From an uncultured Arcobacteraceae bacterium (GTDB lineage Bacteria > Campylobacterota > Campylobacteria > Campylobacterales > Arcobacteraceae): DNA of 64,000 nucleotides. The notes beneath the pieces were generated by a model. It was not told the DNA's origin. It was given only the letters and a program-made list of their open reading frames with translations, and did not search any database. The DNA lies in assembly GCA_964022095.1 (NCBI GenBank), contig CAXHZO010000001.1, positions 288,001 through 352,000 of the forward strand. Direction: 5' to 3'. This document shows, piece after piece, positions 9,005-18,393 of this stretch (position 1 is the stretch's first letter; each line of letters opens with the position of its first letter). The translations under genes were made by a program, and so were the position numbers.

Positions 9005-9973
9005 CTAATTTTTTTTCTCACTTGGAATTACAGCTAATCCCCAAGGATATCTTCCTACTTTTATACTTTTTTCTACTTTTAAAGATTCTACATCTATTAT
9101 AGATACATCTCCACTAACACCGTTTGTTGTATATAGTTTTTTTTCATTATCTGCTAAAGCTAATTGCCAAACTCTACTTCCAACTAATAGGTATTTAATT
9201 ACTTTATAAGTTTTTGCATCAACAACAGCTACATGATTTGCAGGCCCTAAGGCTACAAATGCATATTTACCATCACTTGTTAACTGTATACCAACTGGTT
9301 GAATTAAGTCTTTAAAGATTCCAGGAATTTTAAAACCAAATTTTGCAATTTCTTCTTTTGTTTTTGCATCAACAACCATTACTGTTCCACCAATCTCAGA
9401 AGAAGCCCAAACTTTATCACCTGATTCAGTAAACTCAATATGTCTTGGTCTTTCATCAACTAATGTATTGTGAACAATTTTTTTACTTTTTGTATCAATC
9501 CAATGTAAAAAATTAGATGTTTCTGATGTATTAATTGCAACGCTTCCATCTGGACTAACAGCCATACCTTCTGGCTCTAAACCTACTTCAATTTGTGATA
9601 CAACAGTTTTATTAGGAATATCAACAACTGTTACAATACCATCATCTTCATTGGATATGTAAAGCTCTTTCCCATCTGGATGTAAAGCGAACTGTTCAGG
9701 ATCTTCACCTGAAGGAAGATCATATAAAATTTTTCCAGTTTTTGTATCCATGGCTTGTACTGTATCATCATCACTAGCACAAATATATAATTTTGTGTAA
9801 TCATTATTTAATAAGATACCTCTTGGCCTTTGACCAACTTCATAAGTTTGCACAACTTTTTGAGTATTTGAGTCAATTACTGAAATAGTATTATCTTTTT
9901 CATTTGAAACAAAAATTGTATCTGAAAGTAGTGCTGAACTTAAAATAGAAATTAATCCTAATTTCTTTAACAT
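9005..9973 (-). CDS. PQQ-catabolism-associated YVTN beta-propeller protein (PedA1-like)
   Basis: FVSNEKDNTISVID, GQRPRGI, LPSGEDPEQF, VGLEPEGM, YTTNGVSGDVS, VGRYPWG repeats; signal peptide. Confidence 0.88.
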   Translation of the reverse strand: MLKKLGLISILSSALLSDTIFVSNEKDNTISVIDSNTQKVVQTYEVGQRPRGILLNNDYTKLYICASDDDTVQAMDTKTGKILYDLPSGEDPEQFALHPDGKELYISNEDDGIVTVVDIPNKTVVSQIEVGLEPEGMAVSPDGSVAINTSETSNFLHWIDTKSKKIVHNTLVDERPRHIEFTESGDKVWASSEIGGTVMVVDAKTKEEIAKFGFKIPGIFKDLIQPVGIQLTSDGKYAFVALGPANHVAVVDAKTYKVIKYLLVGSRVWQLALADNEKKLYTTNGVSGDVSIIDVESLKVEKSIKVGRYPWGLAVIPSEKKN

Positions 9974-9992
9974 TTTATCTCCTTAAAAAATT

Positions 9993-10019
9993 AACACAAA
10001 GTAAAAATTACTTTGTGTT
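9993..10019. other. Intergenic hairpin
   Basis: AACACAAAGTAA-AAA-TTACTTTGTGTT perfect 12-bp inverted repeat between co-oriented genes. Confidence 0.55.
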
Positions 10020-10024
10020 TAGTA

Positions 10025-10453
10025 TTATTTAACTATAAAAGTAGCTCTTTCTCTATCACTTTTAGCTGAAGGAAGACCTAATGTATACGTTCCTGGCTTA
10101 ATAGGTATAAAAGTTAATTCAATCTCACCCTCATCATCAAATTCAAAACTATCAATTCCTAATGGTCTTACTTCAATATCATTAATAGATACTTGATTTA
10201 CCCAAATATTTCTAAAAAATTCTGGACCTACAATAGGAATTTCTCTTGAACCATCACTTTTTAACTCGATTTTATAGTATTTACCAGCTACTAAATTATA
10301 AGGTTTTTCTGCTAATGCTTTACCAGCACCAATAGTTATAGGCTCTAGTGTTGTTCTAGAGTGTAATAAACCTTTAATATTTGCTGCAAAAGCAAATTCA
10401 CTTGTTAAAAGCACCATAAATAAACATAACGCAATCTTCTTAATCATTTTCAA
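10025..10453 (-). CDS. Exported protein, cupredoxin-like fold, lacking copper ligands
   Basis: Signal peptide; L.AGKYYKIEL and FIPIKPGTY strands typical of cupredoxin-like proteins; acidic DSFEFDDEGEIE; no Cys in the mature part. Confidence 0.6.
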   Translation of the reverse strand: MKMIKKIALCLFMVLLTSEFAFAANIKGLLHSRTTLEPITIGAGKALAEKPYNLVAGKYYKIELKSDGSREIPIVGPEFFRNIWVNQVSINDIEVRPLGIDSFEFDDEGEIELTFIPIKPGTYTLGLPSAKSDRERATFIVK

Positions 10454-10487
10454 TCCTTTTCCTTAATTATTCTAAAATTGTATCAAA

Positions 10488-10520
10488 ATTGTATTAAAGT
10501 TTTATAGCTTCAGTTTAGCA
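10488..10520 (-). promoter_or_regulatory. Promoter with regulon motif (cupredoxin-like/beta-propeller operon)
   Basis: TGCTAAA-CTGAA-GCTATA-N9-TACAAT on the minus strand. Confidence 0.75.
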
Positions 10521-10542
10521 TTTAATGTTTTTCTTATTATTT

Positions 10543-10575
10543 TGCTAAACTATAGCTATATATTTTCTATACAAT
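10543..10575 (+). promoter_or_regulatory. Promoter with regulon motif (SBP-DUF302 operon)
   Basis: TGCTAAA-CTATA-GCTATA-N9-TACAAT on the plus strand. Confidence 0.75.
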
Positions 10576-10601
10576 ATAGAAATAAAAAACAAAGGATTAA
10601 A

Positions 10602-11750
10602 ATGAAAATTATAATTTCGATACTTTTTTTAATAAGTTTAATAAAAGCAGAAATACTAGAAGTTAATATCTTATATTTAGAACAAAAAATACAAAAGCCA
10701 CCTATTCTTTCAAATGTTATTGAAGAGCCTGAGGACTTAGGACTAAAAGGTGCACAAATTGCTATTAAAGATAGTAATAAAACGGCAAAGTTTTTAAATC
10801 AACACTATAATTTGATAGAAAAAATATCTTACGATAAAAAAGAGCTAAAAAAAGATTTTGAAGAATTTATAAATAGTGGAAATTCATATATACTTTTAAA
10901 TGTTGAAGATGATTTTTTTAAAGAGTTACTAAATAACCCACTTTCAAAAAAAGCATTATTAATAAACTCAAGTAGTAAAACAACTGACTTAAGAAAACAA
11001 TATTGTCAAGAGAATTTACTTCATACAATTTCAAGCAATGCAATGCTTTATGATGGATTAGTACAATTTCTAATAAAAAGAAACTTCAAAGATATATTTT
11101 TAATTAGTGGAGAAAATCCAAAAGATAACCTAATTGTAAAAGATATAAAAAGAGCAATTAAAAAATTTAATGCAAATATAATTAAAGAAAAAGTTTGGGA
11201 TAATAATAGTGATATTAGAAGAAAAGCAAATGCAGAGTTTCCAGTATTTACTCAAGCAAAAGATTATGATTTAGTTATGTTAGCTGATCACTATGGGGAT
11301 TTTGGCGAGTTTATGTATTTTAATACTTGGCTTCCAAGACCAGTTGCAGGAACACAAGGATTAACTCCTGTTACTTGGCATAAAGTTATTGAAGCTTGGG
11401 GTGCAGCACAAATGCAAAGTAGATTTGAAGATTTTGCTTCTAGATGGATGCAATCAAAAGACTATTCAAACTGGGTAGCAATTAGAACAATTATTACATC
11501 GATTTCAAAAACAAAAACTTCTGATTTAAAAACAAATTTAGAGCTTATTAGATCAAAAAGTTTTGATATAGCTGCATATAAAGGAAGAAAACTATCTTTT
11601 AGAGACTATAATGGGCAATTAAGAATGCCTGTTTCTTTAGTACAACCAAGAGCACTTATTTCAACTTCACCGCAGGTTGGTTTTTTACATCCTGAAACTG
11701 ATTTAGATACATTAGGTATTGCACCATTTGAAATGGAGTGTAAAAAATGA
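10602..11750 (+). CDS. ABC substrate-binding protein of PQQ-ADH system (PedA2/LutA-like)
   Basis: WLPRPVAGTQGLTPVTWH..EAWGAAQMQSRF, YKGRKLSFRDYNGQLR, SPQVGFLHPETDLDTLG; start moved to ATG 10602 (AAGGA RBS, promoter upstream). Confidence 0.85.
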   Translation: MKIIISILFLISLIKAEILEVNILYLEQKIQKPPILSNVIEEPEDLGLKGAQIAIKDSNKTAKFLNQHYNLIEKISYDKKELKKDFEEFINSGNSYILLNVEDDFFKELLNNPLSKKALLINSSSKTTDLRKQYCQENLLHTISSNAMLYDGLVQFLIKRNFKDIFLISGENPKDNLIVKDIKRAIKKFNANIIKEKVWDNNSDIRRKANAEFPVFTQAKDYDLVMLADHYGDFGEFMYFNTWLPRPVAGTQGLTPVTWHKVIEAWGAAQMQSRFEDFASRWMQSKDYSNWVAIRTIITSISKTKTSDLKTNLELIRSKSFDIAAYKGRKLSFRDYNGQLRMPVSLVQPRALISTSPQVGFLHPETDLDTLGIAPFEMECKK

Positions 11751-12205
11751 TAAAAGTTCTCTCTTTATTTTTACTTTTTATTAGTTACGTAAGTGCTTCA
11801 TATGAAGTAATTGATGAGGAGAATATTTTTACAATTAAAACAAAAGACATTAGTTTTGATGAGTTACATATAAACTTAGAAGATGAGATTACTTTTCAGA
11901 GTTTTGTAATTGTTCATAAATTAGATTTAGCAAAATCAACAGCTAAAGTTGCTGAGGCTTTAGAAAAAAAAGCTGTTTTAAAAAAAGGTATAAATATACT
12001 TATTTGTAAAAGTAGTTTTACACTTGCTATGCATGAAGAGAATATTAAAAATATTACATATTGTCCTTTAAATATTTCAGTATATGCAGATGAACAGTAT
12101 AATTATATATCTTATAAAAAATATGATAATTTTGGTAAAGATGATAAAATAGCTAATGAGATAAATGAAAAGTTAAAAAATATTGTTTTAAAGAGTTTGG
12201 ATTAA
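11747..12205 (+). CDS. Exported DUF302-family protein
   Basis: Signal peptide, ILIC...YCPLNISVY pattern; ATGA overlap with the upstream gene. Confidence 0.65.
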   Translation: MIKVLSLFLLFISYVSASYEVIDEENIFTIKTKDISFDELHINLEDEITFQSFVIVHKLDLAKSTAKVAEALEKKAVLKKGINILICKSSFTLAMHEENIKNITYCPLNISVYADEQYNYISYKKYDNFGKDDKIANEINEKLKNIVLKSLD

Positions 12206-12222
12206 AATCCAAAACTCTTTAA
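12188..12222. terminator. Hairpin between convergent genes
   Basis: TTAAAGAGTTTGGAT...ATCCAAAACTCTTTAA with one bulge. Confidence 0.55.
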
Positions 12223-12226
12223 CTTT

Positions 12227-13201
12227 TTACATCTTAACTAAATATCTTCCAACTGCTTTACCAGCTAATAATTGTTCATAAGCTTCTTTTACTTCATCTA
12301 AAGAAATTTCATTTGTTAAATCGTTTAATGTATCAACTTTAAACTCATCTGCAACTTTTTCCCATGCAGCGATTTTCTTTTCAATTTTACATTCAACAGA
12401 ATCAATACCAACTAATCTAACACCTCTTAAAATAAATGGAAATACATTTGTATTTAATGCAAAAGAAGAAGTTAATCCACAACAAGTAGCAACACCATCA
12501 TATTTTATAACTTTTAAAGCTTCTGCTAAAATATTTCCACCAACAGTATCAATCACACCATCGTATTTTTCACTACCCATTGGTCTTTTATTCTCTACAT
12601 CAAAATCTTTTCTTAAAATTACTTCAGTTGCACCAATGCTTTTTAAGAACTCAATTTTTTCTTCTTTTCCTGAAATTGCAGTTACTTCAAATCCTAATTT
12701 ACTTAAAATTGAAACAGCAATACTCCCAACTCCACCAGTTGCACCTGTTACTAAAACACTTCCTGATGTTACACCGTTGTTTAATAATTCATTTACACTT
12801 AAAGCAGCTGTTAATCCAGCTGTTCCATAAGTCATAATCTCTTTATCTGTAATATTTTCAGGCATTGGAACAACCCATGATGCTGGAACTTTTACATATT
12901 CACTATGTCCACCATTTGTGTTCATACCTAAATCATAACCAGTTACTAAAACTTTTTGACCTACTTTAAAACTATCACTATTTGATTGCTCAATTGTACC
13001 AGCTACATCAATACCTGTAACGTGAGGAAATACTCTTGTTACTCCTGGATTACCAACTGAACTTAATGCATCTTTATAATTTAATGATGAATAAGTAGTT
13101 TTAATTAATACTTCATTCTCTTCAATATTAGGAATATCTATTTCTTGTATTCCTGAACTAAACTTCTTATCTTCAATTTTCTCTACAATATATGCTTTCA
13201 T
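12227..13201 (-). CDS. YhdH/YhfP (AcuI-like) NADPH-dependent oxidoreductase
   Basis: YSSLNYKDAL, GTAGLTAAL, VTGATGGVGS, VFPFILRGVRLVGIDSV. Confidence 0.9.
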   Translation of the reverse strand: MKAYIVEKIEDKKFSSGIQEIDIPNIEENEVLIKTTYSSLNYKDALSSVGNPGVTRVFPHVTGIDVAGTIEQSNSDSFKVGQKVLVTGYDLGMNTNGGHSEYVKVPASWVVPMPENITDKEIMTYGTAGLTAALSVNELLNNGVTSGSVLVTGATGGVGSIAVSILSKLGFEVTAISGKEEKIEFLKSIGATEVILRKDFDVENKRPMGSEKYDGVIDTVGGNILAEALKVIKYDGVATCCGLTSSFALNTNVFPFILRGVRLVGIDSVECKIEKKIAAWEKVADEFKVDTLNDLTNEISLDEVKEAYEQLLAGKAVGRYLVKM

Positions 13202-13263
13202 AAAAAATCCTTTATTTTCTTTACTTCTTAATGAAACTTTAGCTAAAATACAAACTTAAGACA

Positions 13264-13288
13264 AGTACATACTAAAAAGAAATGTACT
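13264..13288. promoter_or_regulatory. Candidate HxlR-family operator
   Basis: AGTACAT-N11-ATGTACT inverted repeat between divergent oxidoreductase and regulator genes. Confidence 0.45.
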
Positions 13289-13326
13289 ATATAAAAAGAT
13301 ACCTATGTGATTTTAAGGGGTTTACA

Positions 13327-13668
13327 ATGAATAAGAAAATGGAAGAAAAAGAATTAATTGAGAAATGTCCAGTTGAAACAGCACTTGATGTACTAGCTGG
13401 AAAATGGAAAATTTTAATATTATGGTATTTAAAAAGTGAAACTAGAAGATTTAGTGAACTACAAAAACTACTGCCAAGAACAACTCAAAAAATGTTAATT
13501 CAAAAATTAAGAGAACTTGAAGAGGATGGAATAATTCATAGAGAAGTATATCCAGTAGTTCCACCAAAAGTAGAATACTCTTTAACTGAGTATGGTGAAA
13601 CACTGAAACCTATATTAAAACAATTATACAAATGGGGTGAAATTCACAAAGAAAAGTATAATAAATAA
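13327..13668 (+). CDS. HxlR-family winged-helix regulator
   Basis: CPVETALDVLAGKWKILI, RFSEL, YPVVPPKVEYSLT; start at 13327 has an AAGGGG RBS. Confidence 0.92.
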   Translation: MNKKMEEKELIEKCPVETALDVLAGKWKILILWYLKSETRRFSELQKLLPRTTQKMLIQKLRELEEDGIIHREVYPVVPPKVEYSLTEYGETLKPILKQLYKWGEIHKEKYNK

Positions 13669-13694
13669 TATAGCTTAATTAATTTTGGCTATTG

Positions 13695-13814
13695 TTATAT
13701 TAAAATCAATAGAACGATAGCTAAAATAAAACCAAACTCATACTTAAACATACTTTTCATATCATCTGATGTAATTGATTCACTATAGTGTGCGTCATAT
13801 GATGTAATATTCAT
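13695..13814 (-). CDS. Small putative membrane protein, 39 aa
   Basis: AAGGA RBS; MNITSYDAHYSESITSDDMKSMFKYEFGFILAIVLLILI with hydrophobic C-terminus. Not in ORF track. Confidence 0.55.
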   Translation of the reverse strand: MNITSYDAHYSESITSDDMKSMFKYEFGFILAIVLLILI

Positions 13815-13972
13815 AATTAGTTCCTTATAGTTATATTTTATTACTATACACAATAACATATATAACTTATTTTATTCTTAAGAAATCTATAGTAATTTAC
13901 TTATATTTTAATAAAAAACCTCCTAACTGTATATATACTGTACAATTAAGAGAATATTACAACCTTTTTTTA

Positions 13973-16481
13973 CTACTCTCTAAATTTTTTTTCACCAACA
14001 TCTTCTAATATTTGTTTAGCAAGTTTATTTGAATTAGCTGCTATATCATGAGTTTGTGAAGCAATTTCTGCATTTTCTTGAGTTTGCTTATCTAAGCTAT
14101 AAACTGCACTATTAATTTGCTCTATTCCAGATAATTGCTCTTTACTTGATTTATCAACAAAATCAATTAAATGTAAAGTCTCTTCAATATTGTTATTAAG
14201 TTTTTTATATCCTTCAATCATTTCAGAAGCAATACCTTTACCTTCATTTGCTTTGAAGCTTGCATCTTCAACTAATTTTTTTATCTCATCAGCTGCTTGG
14301 GCACTTCTACTTGCTAAGTTTCTAACTTCTTGAGCAACAACAGCAAATCCTTTTCCAGCTTCACCTGCAGTTGCTGCTTCAACGGCTGCATTAAGAGATA
14401 AAATATTTGTTTGAAATGCAATTTGATCAATCACTTCAATTGCTTCACTAATAGCAGTTACTTTTTCGTTTATTTCATCCATAGAAGAGTTTGTTTTATT
14501 AGCTAATACTTCCCCACTTGTAGAAGACTCATTTACTTTTTTAGAATAGTTAGTCATTTTATAAATATTCTCTGAACTATTTCTAATATTTGATGTAATC
14601 TCTTCAATTGATGAAGATGTCTCCTCTAAAGATGCTGCTGCTTGAGTAGAACTAAGCTTTAATTTATTTACATTGTCAAGTAAAGTATCTGATTGTCTAT
14701 CAATAGTTAATCCTCTTTGTTTACTTTTATTTAGCATTGTAGAGATTGAATCACCTAAATAATTTACTCCTTGTGCTAAATTTAATAAATCTTCTTTTAA
14801 TCCATTTGTATCTACTTTTTCTAAATAATCATAATTTGAATATTTATCTAAAATATTTAAAACCTTATTTATATTAGATTCTAAATTCCCTGCCATATTA
14901 TTAAGTACATCTTGTAATTGCATTAAAGAAGGATTAGATACATTTTGATTTAATCTTTTTGACAAATAACCCTTTTCAAAATCACCTAACACTGCTATTG
15001 TTTCATCAATTAGTTTTCTATCTTCATCTATTGATTTTTTAGTAATTTGAACATTCTCATTTAAAATACTTGCCATTTGACCTATTTCATCATCATTAAC
15101 AACTTCTAATAATACAGCATCATCTGATTTATGATTTAAATATGAAAAGAAAGAGTCTAATCCATCTTTTAATTTTTCAATTGGATTTATTATTAGTTTG
15201 CTTATTAAACTAATAGAGATAATCAAAAATATTGTGATACTTACAATTGAAGCAATTAATACAAATCTTCTAAGCTCATATGCTGTTTGAAAAGCTTCAT
15301 CTTCATCAATTTCAGACACTAATACCCATTTTGTTTGATCAAAAATATTTATTACCTCAAAAGCACTTAATACACTAATCCCTCTATAATCATCAATTAT
15401 CCAATTAGCTTCATTTATATTTTTTTCAAAGGCTGCTTTTGTTGTATCTGTTTTTACTTCCCAAATACCAATAGTTGAATTTAACTCTTTTACAATGTCA
15501 TCATTTATGTCATTTAAAAATCTAGAGTTGTTTCTCATTTTATAATCACTACCAATTAAATAAGCCTCACCACTTTTTCCAAAACCTGATTCTTCATAAT
15601 CTCCATTAAAACTCATAATGTCATTGATTTTATCAACTGGCATTTGAAAAATTAAAACACCTTGTTTCTTATCATTTATAAAGATAGGTGTTGCAATAAA
15701 GGAAGCAGCTGAATTATAACTAGGCTCATAGGGAGCAAAATCTTCAAAAGCAATTTCATTTTTATTTAACTGTAATGCTTTTTTATAAACTTTTCCAATA
15801 CCTGTTTTTGAATATACACCATTAATTAAATTTGTACCAAAATCTTTTTCTTTGAAGTCTGTGTAAATTAAGTTACCCTTTAAATCTACCATGAAAATAT
15901 CATATAAACTATAATTAATTAAGAATTCATTGAAAGTGCTATGGTATAACTTATGTGCCTCCATATATTTAGACTTATATTTTTCATTATAAACTAAATT
16001 GTTTTTTTCTCCCAATTTTTCTTTATTATCAGTAATAAAAATATATTGAGCAATTAAAGAGTTATTATTAATTGGAAGATAGGTATCCATATCTTTTCTT
16101 GAATCACTATTTGGGACTTTATAATTTACCAAATCTAAATAGTTTGTCTTAAAATCTTTTGAAATTTCTTCTTCAATAAAATCAATATCTAAATCAATTT
16201 CATTAGATAAATTATGAAAACCTTCTTCAAAATCTACAAAAGCATCTTTTGTAGTTTTACTTTGAGATAAAGATAAAAGAAGTGATTGTAATGTTCCAAA
16301 ATAAGATTGAATTTCATTCTTTTTAGTAGTTTTGATAGCTTGTAGCTTATTCATTTCTGATTTTTCTAAAGATTTCATTGACATATCTATAGATAGATAT
16401 GAGATAATAGAACCTAGAAAAATCAAACTAAATGCGATTAAAGTAATTAACTTAAATCTAATTGATAAGTTTTTTTTTCAT
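13973..16481 (-). CDS. Methyl-accepting chemotaxis protein (Cache-like sensor), frameshifted at A9 tract directly after the ATG
   Basis: [30 protein letters not shown] signalling motif; ATG at 16481 with RBS is one base out of frame with the long ORF. Confidence 0.85.
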
Positions 16482-16552
16482 TTATCAGCCCTTTATAAAA
16501 TAATCTATAATTGTACTGTAAATTAATAAATGTATAAATAAATAAGAAAAAA

Positions 16553-16951
16553 CTAGTACTTACCAAACTCTTTATATGTTTTATCTTCAAAAATTATAAA
16601 GACTGTTTTTGGATCATTATCATTCTCATAAGCAGGTAATGCTAAACCAATTGAGTCCTTAATTGGTTTTGCTAAAAAATCTTTTATAGCTTTTGAAGGA
16701 ACATTACCTTCAAATACATAATCATTTAAAAAAGAGGTATTACATGATTGTATTTCAAAAGGAACACCAACATCTTTTTTTATTGCTTTTACGCTTCTTA
16801 AAGTTATGATCTCTACATCTTTTGCAACTAAATTCATCTCTTCATACCAAGAAGGAGGACAAGTACTACTTAGAGGTTTAAAAACTTGCATTTTCCCTTC
16901 ACTTGCAAACAATGCAACTACTAAACTAGCTAAAATAAATATTTTTTTCAT
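16553..16951 (-). CDS. Exported DUF411-like protein, degenerate metal ligands
   Basis: KKDVGVPFEIQSCNTS...YVFEGNVP...IGLALP matches the DUF411 pattern (SCHT, EGHVP, GLAVP). Confidence 0.65.
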   Translation of the reverse strand: MKKIFILASLVVALFASEGKMQVFKPLSSTCPPSWYEEMNLVAKDVEIITLRSVKAIKKDVGVPFEIQSCNTSFLNDYVFEGNVPSKAIKDFLAKPIKDSIGLALPAYENDNDPKTVFIIFEDKTYKEFGKY

Positions 16952-17661
16952 ATTTCACCTTTTAATATATTTGGATATTCATCAAAAAGATTGTTTTTAA
17001 TCTCATCAATTCTTTTTAAATCAAAACTTTGTTCATTTGGGTTGTTAAACTCTAAAATTACCTTTGCAGGATTTTTTGAAAAGAAGAATATTCTATTTGA
17101 AAATAAAATAGCCTCACTTATATCATGAGTTACAAGAATAACTATTGGATTGAATTTTTTGCAAAGTTCTAAAAAGTCTTTTTTAAGCTCTTGAGAAGTT
17201 GGAAAATCTAAAGAAGTAAAAGGCTCATCAAGTAAAATTAATTTCGGTTGATTTATAAATGCTCTTACAAATGCAACTCTTCTTTTCATGCCCCCTGATA
17301 ATACTTTTGGATATTCATCTAAAAAATCTTCTAAATCGATTAATCTTAGTAATTCTATTATATCTTCAATACTTTTTGATTGAGAAACTAATAAAAGATT
17401 CTCTTTAATTGTTAGCCAAGGAACTAATCTATCATCTTGAAAAACAAAAGAAATCTCATCAAAAGGTATATCAATATGTCCACAATAGTCATTATCTAAG
17501 TTTGATAAAATATTTAAAAAAGTACTTTTACCACACCCTGATGGACCAATTATTGATATAAATTCATTCTCTTTTACATTCATATTTATATCTTTTAATA
17601 TGGTTTTAGTGTTGTATTCTTTTGAGCTTATATTTATATCAATCATACTATTTCCATGCAT
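16948..17661 (-). CDS. NitT/TauT-family ABC ATP-binding protein
   Basis: GPSGCGKST, FVFQDDRLVPW, LSGGMKRRV, LLDEPF. Confidence 0.88.
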   Translation of the reverse strand: MHGNSMIDINISSKEYNTKTILKDINMNVKENEFISIIGPSGCGKSTFLNILSNLDNDYCGHIDIPFDEISFVFQDDRLVPWLTIKENLLLVSQSKSIEDIIELLRLIDLEDFLDEYPKVLSGGMKRRVAFVRAFINQPKLILLDEPFTSLDFPTSQELKKDFLELCKKFNPIVILVTHDISEAILFSNRIFFFSKNPAKVILEFNNPNEQSFDLKRIDEIKNNLFDEYPNILKGEI

Positions 17662-18379
17662 TTATTTTATTTTCTATTGGCTTTAATATATAGTTCTCAA
17701 TTAATAATATAACAATAATAAAAGCTAAAGAATAAGCTAAAATAGATGTAATATTAAAAAATTGGAAAAACATTGATATTTTAAATCCAATCCCATCACT
17801 TCTACCAAGTAACTCTACAACTAAAACAATCTTCCAAATTAAAGATAAGGATAATCTTGTTGAAGCCATTATATATGGATAGATTTGAGGTAAAAAAACT
17901 TTAAAGAAAGTTTCTTTTTTTGATACTTTATATACTTGTGCTAGTTTTAAATACTTTTGCTCAACTGCTCTAGTGCCTTCTCTAATATTAACTACAACAA
18001 TTGGTACTTTATTTAAAATAACAGCCAATAATGCTGCAAAATCTGTTAATCCAAACCAAATATAGCAAATAACAATCGTAACTAATGCAGGTATATTTAA
18101 ACTAAGAATTAATATAAAATCAAATATATCATCTACTTTTTTTGATAAACCCATTGCTATACCAATAAATATTCCAATAAGCATTGTAATAAAAAATGTT
18201 ACAAATACTCTATAAAGAGTAATTCCTAAGTGATGAAACAGTTCTCCATCCCCCATATGTCTAATTAAATCATAAAAGATATCAACAACACTTGGGAATA
18301 CTGAAGATTCTATAGTAACAGCAATAGCTTGCCAAAGTATTACAAAAATAAATATTGATATTAGTTTAGTTTGATTCAA
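17648..18379 (-). CDS. NitT/TauT-family ABC permease
   Basis: Hydrophobic; LNIPALV, REGTRA, WKIVLVVELLGRSDGIGF. Confidence 0.88.
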   Translation of the reverse strand: MNQTKLISIFIFVILWQAIAVTIESSVFPSVVDIFYDLIRHMGDGELFHHLGITLYRVFVTFFITMLIGIFIGIAMGLSKKVDDIFDFILILSLNIPALVTIVICYIWFGLTDFAALLAVILNKVPIVVVNIREGTRAVEQKYLKLAQVYKVSKKETFFKVFLPQIYPYIMASTRLSLSLIWKIVLVVELLGRSDGIGFKISMFFQFFNITSILAYSLAFIIVILLIENYILKPIENKINAWK

Positions 18380-18393
18380 AATATAATTCCCAT

